NCBI RefSeq assembly: GCF_006345805.1
Contig: NC_043005.1
Coordinates: forward strand, 26,164,001 to 26,228,000
Source: Octopus sinensis
Lineage: Eukaryota
DNA length: 64,000 nt
Direction of reading: 5' to 3'
Shown: in pieces, positions 45,265-57,061 of the stretch
Position numbering within the stretch: the stretch's first letter is position 1
How the letters are laid out: every line of letters starts with the position of its first letter
Translations under genes and position numbers: made by a program
The notes under the pieces: generated by a model
What the model saw: only the letters and a program-made list of their open reading frames with translations
What the model was told of the DNA's origin: nothing
Databases searched by the model: none

Positions 45265-45810
45265 GCGGATCTTGAAGCAATCCAGAGAAGATTCAAAAGA
45301 AGATAGTCTCTTTGCAACAGCTCAGCTACTGGGAAAGGTTGAAACAGCTAAGACTCTACTCCCTGGAGAGAAGACGGGAGAGGTATGCAGTAATATATGT
45401 CTGGAAGATCCTGGAAGGAATTGTGCCAAATTTTGGCATGTAAGCTACACCAATGCTAGAACGGGACGACACTGTATAGTGCCAAAGATCCCAGCAATGC
45501 CATCACGCTTCAGGACAGCTCTGCAACAGCCTGGGTTTCAAGGGCCCACAGCTTTTTAATATTCTCCCAAAGAGTCTGAGGAACTTGCACAAAGTAGATG
45601 TAGCGGTTTTTAAATCAAAGCTGGACATCTTCCTGTCGAGAGTCCCAGATGAACCTACCTCACGGCAAGAGATGCAAATGAGAGTAGCTATATCAAACTC
45701 CATTCTTCACCCAAGTGCCACATATTAGACGAGGCTCTTCGCAATAACAGTGTAGCACAAAACGGCGGTGCATCAGCATAGCCGCAGCTCTGAGCTGAAA
45801 CCAGAGAAAA
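45265..45810 (+). mobile_element. CR1/L2-group LINE 3' end including 3' UTR and A-rich tail
   Basis: RTGRHCIVPKIPAMPSRFRT...GFQGPTAF*ILPKSLRNLHKVDVAVFKSKLDIFLSRVPDEP. Ends GGCGGTGCATCAGCATAGCCGCAGCTCTGAGCTGAAACCAG-A(n). Confidence 0.85.
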
Positions 45811-45830
45811 AAAAAAAAATATATATATAT

Positions 45831-46226
45831 AGGAGTGGCTGTGTGGTAAGTAGCTTGCTAACCAGCCACATGGTTTCGGGTTCAGTCCCACTGCGTGGCA
45901 TCTTGGGCAAGTGTCTTCTGCTATAGCCCCGGGCCGACCAATGCCGTGTGAGTGGATTTGGTAGACGGAAACTGAAAGAAGCCCATCGTATATATGTATA
46001 TATATATAAGTGTGTGTGTATATGTTTGTATGTCTGTGTTTGTCCCCCTAGCATTGCTTTACAACCGATGCTGGTGTGTTTACGTCCCCGTCACTTTGCG
46101 GTTCGGCAAAAGAGACCGATAGAATAAGTACTGGGCTTACAAAGAATAAGTCCCGGGGTCGATTTGCTCGACTAAAAGGCGGTGCTCCAGCATGGCCGCA
46201 GTCAAATGACTGAAACAAGTAAAAGA
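45831..46226 (+). mobile_element. Full-length SINE family 1
   Basis: Same head, internal microsatellite and tail as 35475-35908. Confidence 0.9.
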
Positions 46227-46266
46227 GTTAAAAGAGTTAAAAGAGTTATATAAATATAAATATATG

Positions 46267-46302
<36 letters not shown>

Positions 46303-46330
46303 CGTGTGTGTATGTGTGGTGTGTGTGTGT

Positions 46331-46363
<33 letters not shown>

Positions 46364-47302
46364 AGTGTGTGTGTGTGTATATATACATTGATGCATACAT
46401 ACATATATGTACTGGGTATTAAGATGCTAGAAATAGCAGCTAGAACTCGCCTGTTTTATAACCGTGCCGTCTTACAAGTGTGTAGGGCATGTTAAATAAA
46501 GCTATCTTCGCAACTCTTAAAACGACGTGTTGGTTACGGCTGGAAAGCCTTTTATCAGAGGTCTGTTTGTTCAGACCTGACCTGAGTAGGATGGACTAAA
46601 TAACAATAAACATAAACAACAAATAAATGTTGGGAATTTAACAAAAAGAAACACATAAACTTAGCGCTCCAGTTTCTCATCCGTTTTGGCCATTTAACAC
46701 TGACCTAAATAAGGAGTGATTAACAACCATTCTGTCAGCCGACGTTGATGGAGAACCAATGAAGATAATTCCATTTAAAGAATCACGGCAGCAGATCAAC
46801 AATAATTTTCCTAACTGGAGATTTCTGACCAATAACTCACCTGAAACACCGTTTTACTCTTCTTCACTCAAACACCATAAATTCAGGCAAACAATTTTAT
46901 TGTTCTTTACTGTTGAGGGTTGTTTGTTGTGTACTTTTGGTTGTATATTTTCGTTTTAGCTTTTTAGTTTTGTGTATGTGACTATGATTTCTAAATAACT
47001 TTGAGGAAAAAAATCAATATATTGTGGGAAATAAGCGCGAGTATAGCTGGGAAGTTAAGCAATTCGTAGGTTCGGATTCCCAAGTCCCACTTCACTGCAA
47101 TTCGGGCACGCTTCTTCTACTATAATCCTGGACCAATCAAAGTTTGTGCTGTGAGTGAATTGGGTACAGAAGCCTGTTGTATGGTAAATATTAGTTTTAT
47201 TTTGTCATTCAATTTCATTCCATTTCCTGGAAGATTTTGAAGAATGTTGCACCTGTATGTTTAGAAACTATGGAACAATTTCTTCATTACTTCTATCTAA
47301 CC

Positions 47303-47389
<87 letters not shown>

Positions 47390-47391
<2 letters not shown>

Positions 47392-48020
47392 CTTCGTAAC
47401 ACAGTGTTGGTAAAAATGCACCGGAGTCTTTAGTCATCTGTCAAGTCACGACAAGGACCTCAGACAGACGATACTTTCCTTAAGATGTGCACTGTGCCCA
47501 ATTTGGCTGCTTTTTACAAGACATTAATCGTACTTTGGATTTCTAATTGCCTTAAGAAGTCTTGAAGTTTCAATGGAATTGAATCCAACTTTCCGATCAC
47601 CACTGGTATCACTTTTACAGTACCCTCTCGCATTCCATACAGTCTTGCCATTTCCACTTTCAATTCGGAATACTTGGTGATTTCTTCGACTTCTTAACTC
47701 ATAATGTTCATGTCATTTGGCATGGCTACATCAATGATCTGACAGTATTTGTCTCTCTTATTCAGTATGACAATATCCAGCCGACAGCGTTCAATGATGG
47801 GCCTTTCTTCCCACATCGGTTACCCATCTTAACTTTGCTAAGTGTCATTGTTATTGGTATTTGTGCAGTTACAAAAGTAACAGAGAAAACGAGTCACCTT
47901 GGAAGATTGCCCTTTTAATATTAACTTCACCAAGGAATACATTACTTGAGTACAATTTGGTTTTCCGCTCTTTCGTGCTATGCATCAGAAAATTTGTCAG
48001 CAACACCAAACATCAGCAAG
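47390..48020 (-). mobile_element. Second R4/Dong family, internally deleted, ending in (TAA)n
   Basis: VNIKRAIFQGDSFSLLL is joined to RCRLDIVILNKRDKYCQIIDVA...ITKYSELKVE...IPVVIGKLD...AAKLGTVHILRK. The 3' end abuts (TAA)n at 47303-47389. Confidence 0.8.
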
Positions 48021-48021
48021 C

Positions 48022-48811
48022 ATCATTCTGTAGTCTTATTTTTATCACGTACTTTCACTACACTACCGAGCGTAGCTCTATGTTCCTTGGGTATGTGCGG
48101 TGGTTTGTTGTAATACTCTTATTGTTACTGTATAAAAATGTTTTACGCAGGATGTGTGTGGTGCCTAGTAGTGCTATTCTCTGTAGGTTATATATACTTG
48201 TTAGTCCTGGTGTTTTTGTTATGTATTAGACTGAATATTTTTTTATCCTACTTAATGCGACTGTTATGATAGGAATTCTTTCTGCTTTTAGACTCCCCAA
48301 TCAAGTTACCTCTATTTCCAGGTCTTTGTATTTTGAAAGTTTCTCCATATCTTTTAGATAAACTTTGTCATCTGTTGGTATTGATACATCGATTAAAAGT
48401 ATTTTTCTTGATCTCTGAAAACTATATCTGGTCTATTGGTCTTAATTTCTCTATCTGTGTGCATTAGCATATCCTATAGTACTGTTGCTTTCTCATTTTC
48501 TGTTTCCTTTTCAGGCGTGTGCTTATACCATCTTTTTTCTGTTGTTATTCCATAGTGTTGGCAGAGCTTCCAGTGTATGTACGCCCCAACTCTGTCATGT
48601 CTGTGAATATATTCCTTCTTGGCCAAGACTGGGCAGCCAGAGAGAATGTGGTTTATTGTTTTATGTCCATCTCCACATATTCTGCAGTTACTTGTTATGT
48701 TTCTTTTCATTAAATGTTTTTGGTAATTTCTGGTGGGAAGGCTTTGGTCTTGTGCAGCAATTAAAATTCCTTCAGTCTCTGCTTTGAGTCCTGAGATTCT
48801 CAACCATTGCT
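48022..48811 (-). mobile_element. 5'-truncated copy of the 3743-7633 R4/Dong family
   Basis: SGLKAETEGILIAAQDQSLPTRNYQKH...CRICGDGHKTINHILSGCPVLAKKEYIHRHD. The 3' UTR matches 7540-7633. Confidence 0.9.
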
Positions 48812-48963
48812 ATGTATATATATATATATATGTATGCATGTATGCCTGTATGTATGTATGTATGTATATATAGAGAGAGAATTCGCAAAAAAACAAAAGA
48901 CGAAGACATGTGGTGAAAACAACAAACACATATATTAGTTTAACGCTTGGGAAACGAAAACGT

Positions 48964-48999
48964 CTTTAACGTTTCGAGCCTACGCTCTTCAGCAGAAAG
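48964..48999 (-). ncRNA. Minimal type I hammerhead-like motif (family B), core variant CUGCUGA
   Basis: CTTT-CTGCTGA-A-GAGC-gtag-GCTC-GAAAC-GT-T-AAAG within 48880-49075. Confidence 0.65.
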
Positions 49000-49109
49000 G
49001 AACAGAAAGAAACAGGGAGAGAAATAAAGAGAGAAAATAAAGAATGTTGTAGTGGCTAGCAAACTATCATGGTGAAAATATATATATATATAATATATAT
49101 ATATATTAT

Positions 49110-49152
<43 letters not shown>

Positions 49153-49163
49153 TATATATATCT

Positions 49164-49212
<49 letters not shown>

Positions 49213-49256
49213 CACATATATATATGTATGTGTATGCATATATATGTGTGGGGGTG

Positions 49257-49313
<57 letters not shown>

Positions 49314-50840
49314 ACATATATATATATACTTTATTTAAAAGCAGCAGAAATTCAAATTTTAAATGAAGCATATTACATATATAGAGAGATATAGATAAAT
49401 GTGTGTATGAATATATATGTGTATATATATGTGCGTGTGTGTGCATATATGTGTGTGTGCCTGCGTGTGTGTATGTGTATACATATGTATGAATGTATAT
49501 AATGCATGCATATATGAGGAGGGATTTCCGCGCGATTTCCCCAAGCAAATTCACTTACAAGCCATTGGTCGCTCCAGGACGATAATAGAAAAAAGTATCG
49601 AAGGTACTGTACTTGGAGGGAACTGAACCCGTAACCACCTGGTTGGGAAACGAGCTTCTTAACCATACAGCCATGTTTGCACCTTCATAAGCACTCAGGT
49701 ACAGCTTTTAGAAATATCCCATATTTTATCTAAACTGCAAACTGGCAGAATCGTTAGTGTGTCGCGAAAACGCAAAACAATATTCTCTGCGACAGCCTCC
49801 GTTCTCAACGGGGGTAATTTTGCCTTCTATTCTTTCCACTTCGACAAAATAATGTGCCTATATCAAGCCCTGGATTGATGTAATTGATCAGCTCTGATCG
49901 ATCAGCTCTGATCGATCAGCTCCCTTCGCCAACTTTCATGTCTTATGCCTATAGTAGAATCAATTGTCATTGTTCTTGTAATGCAAAAGAAAATATCGAC
50001 ACGAATGTTGAGTTGAACAGGGATGAGAGATCGGTGCAGGTAAGAATGTTACTTAACGGTTGAAGGATGTTGTTCGATATGATGGAAGATGTGTCAGGAA
50101 TAAATGAGAGATATGTCACTAATCACAAGAGATTAGGCTGGAAATGGCAGGCATCTTAATAGATAAATGGAAATGGAGGTCGATGCGAGAATGTTTTTAG
50201 CATCAGAAGACATTTTAGAATACACAAGAGATAATACTTGCACGTAATTATTTCTGTGAATATATTAGTTATCTCAGGAAATGTCTGTACATCAATATCA
50301 CCGAAATTCATTGGATCAATATGGATATTGTATTGATAACGTATTAGGATTTCAGTAATTTGAAAGAACAGACCTGATATTTCTTCAGCAGAATTGGAAT
50401 CATTCGGGAGATAGTTTCCTGTCCACATAGTACAAGCAATTAGGACATTGCAAGTCCTCGATCTTCATATTTATGTTTCTAAGTTGACACAAATTTACAA
50501 TGGATTAATATCCAACGAGAATTTTAGACAGATTACAGGATAATAACTAATTTGCATTCCTATATAGTTATTCATTTAAGCTACTTAGCTTTCAGCTTAA
50601 CTTTGACACCACTTTAAGCTTGGCATTAATCATATTATGAGCTTCGCACTGACCTGTCTTCAAACTTCAAATCAACTATAGCTGAAATTCTAAATTAGTC
50701 ATAACTCAGTCGTTCGCCCTTATCCTGCTTTAAATTCAAATGGAATCAGATCTGAACCGCAATATTAACCACTCTTCCAGGATCGGCCATCTTTCAAATT
50801 TCCTATTAACCATCCTTTAACAATAAACATCCATTGTTAA

Positions 50841-51060
50841 GGTGGCGAGCTGGCTGAAGCGTTAGCACGCCGGACGAAATGCTTAGCGGTATTTCGTCTG
50901 CCGTTACGTTGTGAGTTCGAATTCCGCCGAGGTCGACTTTGCCTTTCATCCTTTCGGAGTCGATAAATTAAGTACCAATTACGTACTAAGGTCGATCTAA
51001 TCGACTGGTCCCCCCCAAAAAAAAAATTTCGGGCCCTGTGCCTAGAGTAGAAAAGAATAA
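50841..51060 (+). mobile_element. tRNA-derived SINE family 2 monomer
   Basis: GGCGAGCTGGCTGAAGCGTTAG...GAGTTCGAATTCC head and ...CCTAGAGTAGAAAAGA tail. Further copies lie at 52355-52558 and 36200-36335 (minus). Confidence 0.8.
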
Positions 51061-51129
51061 ACACGCATTGCTGCAAACGCAGCATTGACAAAACATTAAG
51101 TTCAGTATTCTATCGTATAACCTTTATTT

Positions 51130-51530
51130 GTTGTATGCTTTGAGCTATGGCCATGCTGGGGCACTGTAAAGAAGGGTTGAGTCGAACAAATTGACCCCAG
51201 GGCTTATTTGTTTTCAAAGTTTGTATTTATTCTATTGGTCTCCTGTAGTGAAACCGCTACAATGGCATATACAAACCAACACCGGTTGTAAGGTGATGGG
51301 AAACACATGCATAAACACAAATACACGCACACAAATATATACATATATATATATATGTGTGCGTATATACAGAAATATATATATCTATATACATATGTGT
51401 GTGTGTGTGTGTGTGAGCGAATACGAAAAACCAAATTCACTCCAAAGGCATCGATCGCCACGCCCTGGGATTGAACCTGAAACCATGTAGTTGCAAAGCG
51501 AACACCTTAGCCATACATCTGTTCCTGCGC
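51130..51530 (-). mobile_element. Diverged SINE family 1 copy
   Basis: Reverse complement of the family 1 head (51440-51530) and tail (GCTATGGCCATGCTGGGGCAC at 51145). Confidence 0.7.
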
Positions 51531-51750
51531 CTAACCATGCTTTAATCTTATCATTTCCTCAAGATACAGACATTATTTAAGACTGGTATTCTTATAAATT
51601 CACTTCACTTGAAACTTGCTCCCCAACACTCGCCAACATCCGACCCACTGACCTATTCTCTCATCTGGCTACTCTTTCCACAATATCAATCCTGAGTCTA
51701 GGACAATAACCCCTGAGGACAACAGATGATGATTTAAAACTTCTTAATAT

Positions 51751-51927
51751 AGGCGTAGGAGTGGGTGTGTGGTAAGTAGCTTGCTTACCAACCACATGGT
51801 TCCGGATTCATTCCCACTGCGTGGCACCTTGGTCAAGTGTCTTCTACTATAGCCTCGTGCCGACCAAAGCCTTGTGAGTGGATTTGGTAGACGGAAACTG
51901 AAAGAAGTCCGTCGTATATATGTATAC

Positions 51928-51971
<44 letters not shown>

Positions 51972-52168
51972 ATGTGTTTGTGTTTGTCCCCCAAAATCGC
52001 TTGACAACCGATGCTGGTGTGTTTACGTCCCCGTAACTTAGCGGTTCGGCAAAAGAGACCAATAGAATAAGTACTAGGCTTACAAAGAATATGTCCTGGG
52101 GTCGATTTGCTCGACTAAAGGCGGTGCTCCAGCATGGCCACAGTCAAATGGCTGAAACAAGTAAAAGA
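51751..52168 (+). mobile_element. Full-length SINE family 1
   Basis: Same structure as 35475-35908. Confidence 0.9.
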
Positions 52169-52583
52169 GTATATCTCTTCTCCCTACGTACCTTCTCTAC
52201 ATGTCTTCTACCAATACCAGACAGTTCTGACTTTGTGCGTCTCTTCACTAATAAACTGTTTACTCTCGATCACGAACGGTGACGTTTACTCTCACTACGT
52301 AGGATTTCTGTCCGAATGTCAACAGGTTTTTTTAATAATTAGTATTGCATATAAGGTGGCGAGCTGGCAGAATCGTTAACGCTCCGGGAAAAACGCTAAG
52401 CAGCACTCCATCCGTCATTATGTTCTGTGTTCAAATTCTGCTGAGATCGACTTTGCTTTTCATCATTTCGAAATCGATGCAATAAGAAGCATTTGAAAAC
52501 AGGAGTCAATTTATCCTCTTCCCTGAAATTGCTGGCCTTGTGCCAAAATGTAAAACCAATAGTTAGTATAGCATATAGTATTT

Positions 52584-52748
52584 TATTTACATTTGACGGA
52601 AATTTGTCCTCATCTAGTTTGTTGTTAACACAACGTTTCGGCTGATATGCCCTCCAGCCTTCATCAGGTGTCTTGGGGAAATTTCGAACCTGGGTTCTCA
52701 TTCCTAAGGTATGTTTTGATGTTATCATTATTATCATTATTGTTATTA

Positions 52749-52814
<66 letters not shown>

Positions 52815-52920
52815 CATTATTATTATTATTCAGGTCACTGCTTGGAATCAAACTTGGAATCTTGGAGTTAGTAGCCCCCGCTCTTAACCACAACGCCATA
52901 TGCCCGTGGACATATGGCGT
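52584..52920 (-). mobile_element. Complete monomer of the tRNA-(AAT)n-hammerhead element
   Basis: On the minus strand: hairpin ACGCCATATG/CATATGGCGT (52893-52920), A-box TGGCGTTGTGG, B-box-like AAGTTTGATTCC, (AAT)n, linker, hammerhead, TGTAAATAA end. Confidence 0.9.
52627..52672 (-). ncRNA. Minimal type I hammerhead ribozyme motif (family A), core boxes intact
   Basis: GACAC-CTGATGA-A-GGCTG-gagggcatat-CAGCC-GAAAC-GT-T-GTGTT. Confidence 0.8.
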
Positions 52921-52984
52921 AAACACCACAAGGCAGATTTTCAAAGATCGAACAAACCAAATTTTTAGGGCTTATAAATCTAAT

Positions 52985-53330
52985 ATTCTCCTATCCTTCC
53001 TTAATACCGGTTCCCATATGCTATTCATATCTGCACTCGGTCTGCTTAGGAGGTTGTTGTGTCCTAACATATCTGCTGCTTCTTTTAGTTTTCGTATTTT
53101 CCAGTGGTGTTCTCTGTCTTATTATTTTAACTTCATCCCACAGGGGGAGTTGATCTCCATTTTTCCATACATGAGGATATAGTATTGCCTAAACGGTGTG
53201 TTAAAGTATTTTGTATGCACGCGAATTTCCGGTTGTACATCCCCTAACATTTCCATCGATCAAACTTGACAATATATATATGGGTCTGTAAAAGTCCTCT
53301 TCAAAATGCAATAATGGGCAACATCTGGGT
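52985..53330 (-). mobile_element. Penelope-like element GIY-YIG C-terminal remnant
   Basis: Frameshifted WDEVKII(D)REHHWKIRKLKEAADMLGHNNLLSRPSADMNSIWEPVLRK, typical of PLE endonuclease tails. Confidence 0.7.
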
Positions 53331-53767
53331 TTAATTTTTTTTTTTTAATGGAAGGCTAGTTCATCTGTCCATGCTACCGATGCTGTTCAAAGGAAAGGTT
53401 AGGTTGCAGCGCATTTAGACGCCAAACATCGTCGCAGAAGAGCTCAGTGGGTAAAAAATGCAGTAAACACCACAAGGCAGATTTTCAAAGATTGAACAAA
53501 CCAAACCGACTGATTTACCAGCCTGGTCAGGTCCTTTACCTTTATCGATTTCGGAGGATTAAAGGTAATGGTCATTTTGGTGCGAACTATGAACGATAAA
53601 GTAAAGTAAGAAAAAATGTCGCAAAGCGTTCTGACCAACGATGCCAAGATTTCGACTAGCCTATACAGCGATCTGAATGCTGTGTGTGTGTGTGTATGTG
53701 TGTGTGTGTGTGTGTCCGGGCGTTTATATGTATGCATGTTTGTGAGAACATATACATATACATACAC

Positions 53768-53848
<81 letters not shown>

Positions 53849-54046
53849 GATACATAGATAGATTGATAGATACAAAGAGAGGGAGATAGATATACATAAA
53901 TACATACATACACAGACAGATACCTACATATATGCATACATACACACATGCGCACATGCATGCAAACATACGTACATACTTATCTACATACATACATAAA
54001 TACATACATACATATCCAAACATACATACATACATACATACATACA

Positions 54047-54079
<33 letters not shown>

Positions 54080-54605
54080 GTATGCATGTACATGAAAATA
54101 TTAGTATTGCATTTATCAAATCTTATACCTATTATAATGGATGCTTAGTATATGAAATCTAATATTCAACATACATGAAGCATAAAATTGTATATTCTCA
54201 TGGTTAAAATCTTACATACTTCAAATTTAAATTTAATGTAAACTTAGTAATGTTTGTATATCTCGAGGATATCTTTATAAACCTTCTCTTTTCTCTGCTA
54301 CTTATGGGGTATGTTTTTCAAAACGTTTCCAAGAATTCATTATAATATTACGTAAGCCCCCCCACCCCAATTTTCAGAATGGAAAAAAATACACACCAGG
54401 TTGTCCTTCTTTTTATATTATTTTGTTTAATGTATTCGTTTCTGAGTGGCTGCATAAGCAGATGTCGAAGCAATTACTATAACCATCCGTTATTCTTTGA
54501 ATATCTTTTTTCTCTTTTCAGAGTACCTACGCACACAAATGCACGCACATACACACATACACACACACACAACACACACACACACACACAACACACCCAC
54601 ACACT

Positions 54606-54672
<67 letters not shown>

Positions 54673-54839
54673 ATATAATATATATATATTATATATATAT
54701 AGAGAGAGAGAGAGGAGAGGAGAGAGAGAGAGAGAGATACCACATACATTCATATATATATATATAAATGTGACCGCGTGTGTACCGTTGGCGACTTTGT
54801 TTCCTCCGTTTCCCTTCTCTGGATCTTTCCTTTTCCTAT

Positions 54840-54873
54840 GTTTCTGACGAAGAGCTCCGCTCGAACGTTAAAC
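54840..54873 (+). ncRNA. Degenerate minimal hammerhead motif (family C) in a ~200-bp PLE-type mini-element (54770-54975)
   Basis: GTTT-CTGACGA-A-GAGC-tcc-GCTC-GAAC-GT-T-AAAC (one A missing). The element is flanked by (TA)n. Confidence 0.6.
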
Positions 54874-54979
54874 CCTCTTCTTCCCTTCCTCTTTTGAGCG
54901 TCCAATAAGACTATATTGTTCCACGTCCTCGCGTTGTTGTGTTTTCTCTTTGTGTTTCATGTTTGGATTAACTTTATAT

Positions 54980-55015
<36 letters not shown>

Positions 55016-55016
<1 letters not shown>

Positions 55017-55725
55017 TAGGTCATCCGTAAGTTCTGTCCGAATTTTGAATGAAGATCCAATGTTATATTTAATTGAAACTTAATCGTCAATATACAATGC
55101 TTTCCCTGATTATCTATGACTTCCATCTATTTACAAGTTTTTTAATCCCTTCAATGTAAAACTCTTTTGGTTTCAAAGCGAAGAACTCTGAAATGTCAGT
55201 TTAGACCTCCTCCTGGCTTGCGAAAGTTATGTCCCTCACCCAAATGATTCTCTAAACTACGAAACAAATGGTAGTCTGAAGGAGCAAGGTCGGGAGAATA
55301 AGGCGGATGAGGAATTGTTTCCCAACCAAGCTCTACGATCTTGTGTGGTGTGATCTTTGTAGTGTGGGGTCGCGCATTGTTCTGATGAAACATCACTCCT
55401 TTTCAATTCACTAAAGCGGGTCTTTTTACTTCAAAGCTTGGTTCAAACGCTCGAATTGCTGACTGTAGATTTCAGCATTGATTGTTGCATCAAGTGGTAA
55501 CAATTCAAAGTGAATTACTCATTTGCAATCCCACCAGATAGAGAAAAGAACTTTTTTCCATGAAGTTCCCTTCTCGATTGTAGTTGAGCTTTTTTCCTTT
55601 TTACCAAGCCACTGTTTTCGACGGTTAACATTTCGATAGAAGATCCATTTTTCGTCACCAGTTACAAGTCTACCCAAACACGGTGAAATGAGTTCGTGAG
55701 AATGGAGAGAAGAGCAGATATCGAT
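55016..55725 (-). mobile_element. 5'-truncated mariner transposon
   Basis: VTGDEKWI, FHQNNARPH and HPPYSPDLAPSDYHLFRSL motifs. TIR TTAGGTCATCCGTAAGTTCTGTCCG follows TA at 55014-55015. Confidence 0.85.
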
Positions 55726-55727
55726 TC

Positions 55728-55823
<96 letters not shown>

Positions 55824-57057
55824 CGAGGGGCGTTCAATAAGTAATGCCCCTGACCCACTTGCAGTTGTTTGATCTAGCTGAAATTTTGCATGTGCACTTA
55901 TTTATACCTCTATAGATTGTGGTTTCTGATTTACAGGTGTTTGAACTGAGTCAAGTGTGAAATGGAGCCTGTTGAGTGTCGAGCAGTGATCTGGTTTTTG
56001 TATTTGAAAGGACGCACACCACGGGAGACTTTTGATGAAATGAAAGTAACTTATGGTGATGATGCCCCATCATATGACCTTGTAAAACGCTGGCATTGTG
56101 AATTCAAAATAGTCGGAACTCTGTGGAAACAGCTCCCAGATCTGGTCGCCCCCTTCTGCCGTTGATGAGACGTCTGTCCGTTAAGTTGAGGCTGCCATTT
56201 TGGAAGGTCAACGCATAACTATTCGCCAAAAGCCCCATAAGGTCAAGATTAGTACCGGGTCTGTGGAAACTATCATTCATGACCATTTGCATATGCAAAA
56301 GGTGTCTGCCAGATGGATTTCCAGGTTGCTCACACCCCAGAAGCAAGAACGCGTTGAGTGCTCGTGGATGAATTTGGAGATGTGCCAAGAAGATGAGTCA
56401 AAATTTTTCAAAAGACTGATCACACAGGATAAAACCTGGGTCCATCACTATGATCCATAGACCAAAGCCCAGTCAATGCAGTGAAAGCACCGTGACTCAC
56501 CTCCTCCAAAGAAGGCAAGGGTGCAGCCCTCCGTTGACAAGGTTATGCTCACAGTCTTCTGGGACCAGGACGGAGTAGTGATGACAGTTTCCTGGCAAAG
56601 GGTACCACAATTACAGGAGCCTATTATGCTTCACTTTTGAGGAAATTAAGAGAAGCTATCAAAATCAAGAGGCGGGGCAAGATCAGCAAAGGCATCCTCC
56701 TCCTGCAGGACAACGCTCCGGTCCACAACTCGCGTGTCGCCAGATCAGAAGCACAGGCGTGCAGCTATGAACTCCTCCCTTGCACCCTCTGATTTTCACC
56801 TCTTCCCAGCCATGAAGTTGATTTTGAAAGGAAAGCGTTTCCCAGATGATGCAGCCTTGATTTCTGAGTCACGTCGTGGTTGGAGGACCAAGCTGGGGTC
56901 TTCTACAAAAACGGTCTCCAGAGCTGTATCAAACGATGGGAGAAATGCATAACTCTGGGTAGTTCCTATGTAGGAAAAGACTAATAACTGTGCCAAGTGT
57001 CGTTGCTCTACTGCTATGGGAAGTGGGTCAGGGGCATTACTTATTGAACGCCCCTCG
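55824..57057 (+). mobile_element. Full-length (1234 bp) mariner, irritans-like, with disrupted transposase
   Basis: Perfect 37-bp TIRs (55824-55860 and 57021-57057), TA TSD. MEPVECRAVIWFLYLKG..., WISRLLT, ITQDKTWVHHYDP, LQDNAPVH, LAPSDFHLF; contains frameshifts, stops and a deletion at HPPYSPD. Confidence 0.95.
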
Positions 57058-57061
57058 TAGA

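Noticed and set aside
49945-50045. Putative exon ending CAG|GTAAGA
   Set aside because: Weak acceptor. The surrounding minus strand looks like a degenerate LINE endonuclease/RT remnant, itself too decayed to annotate.
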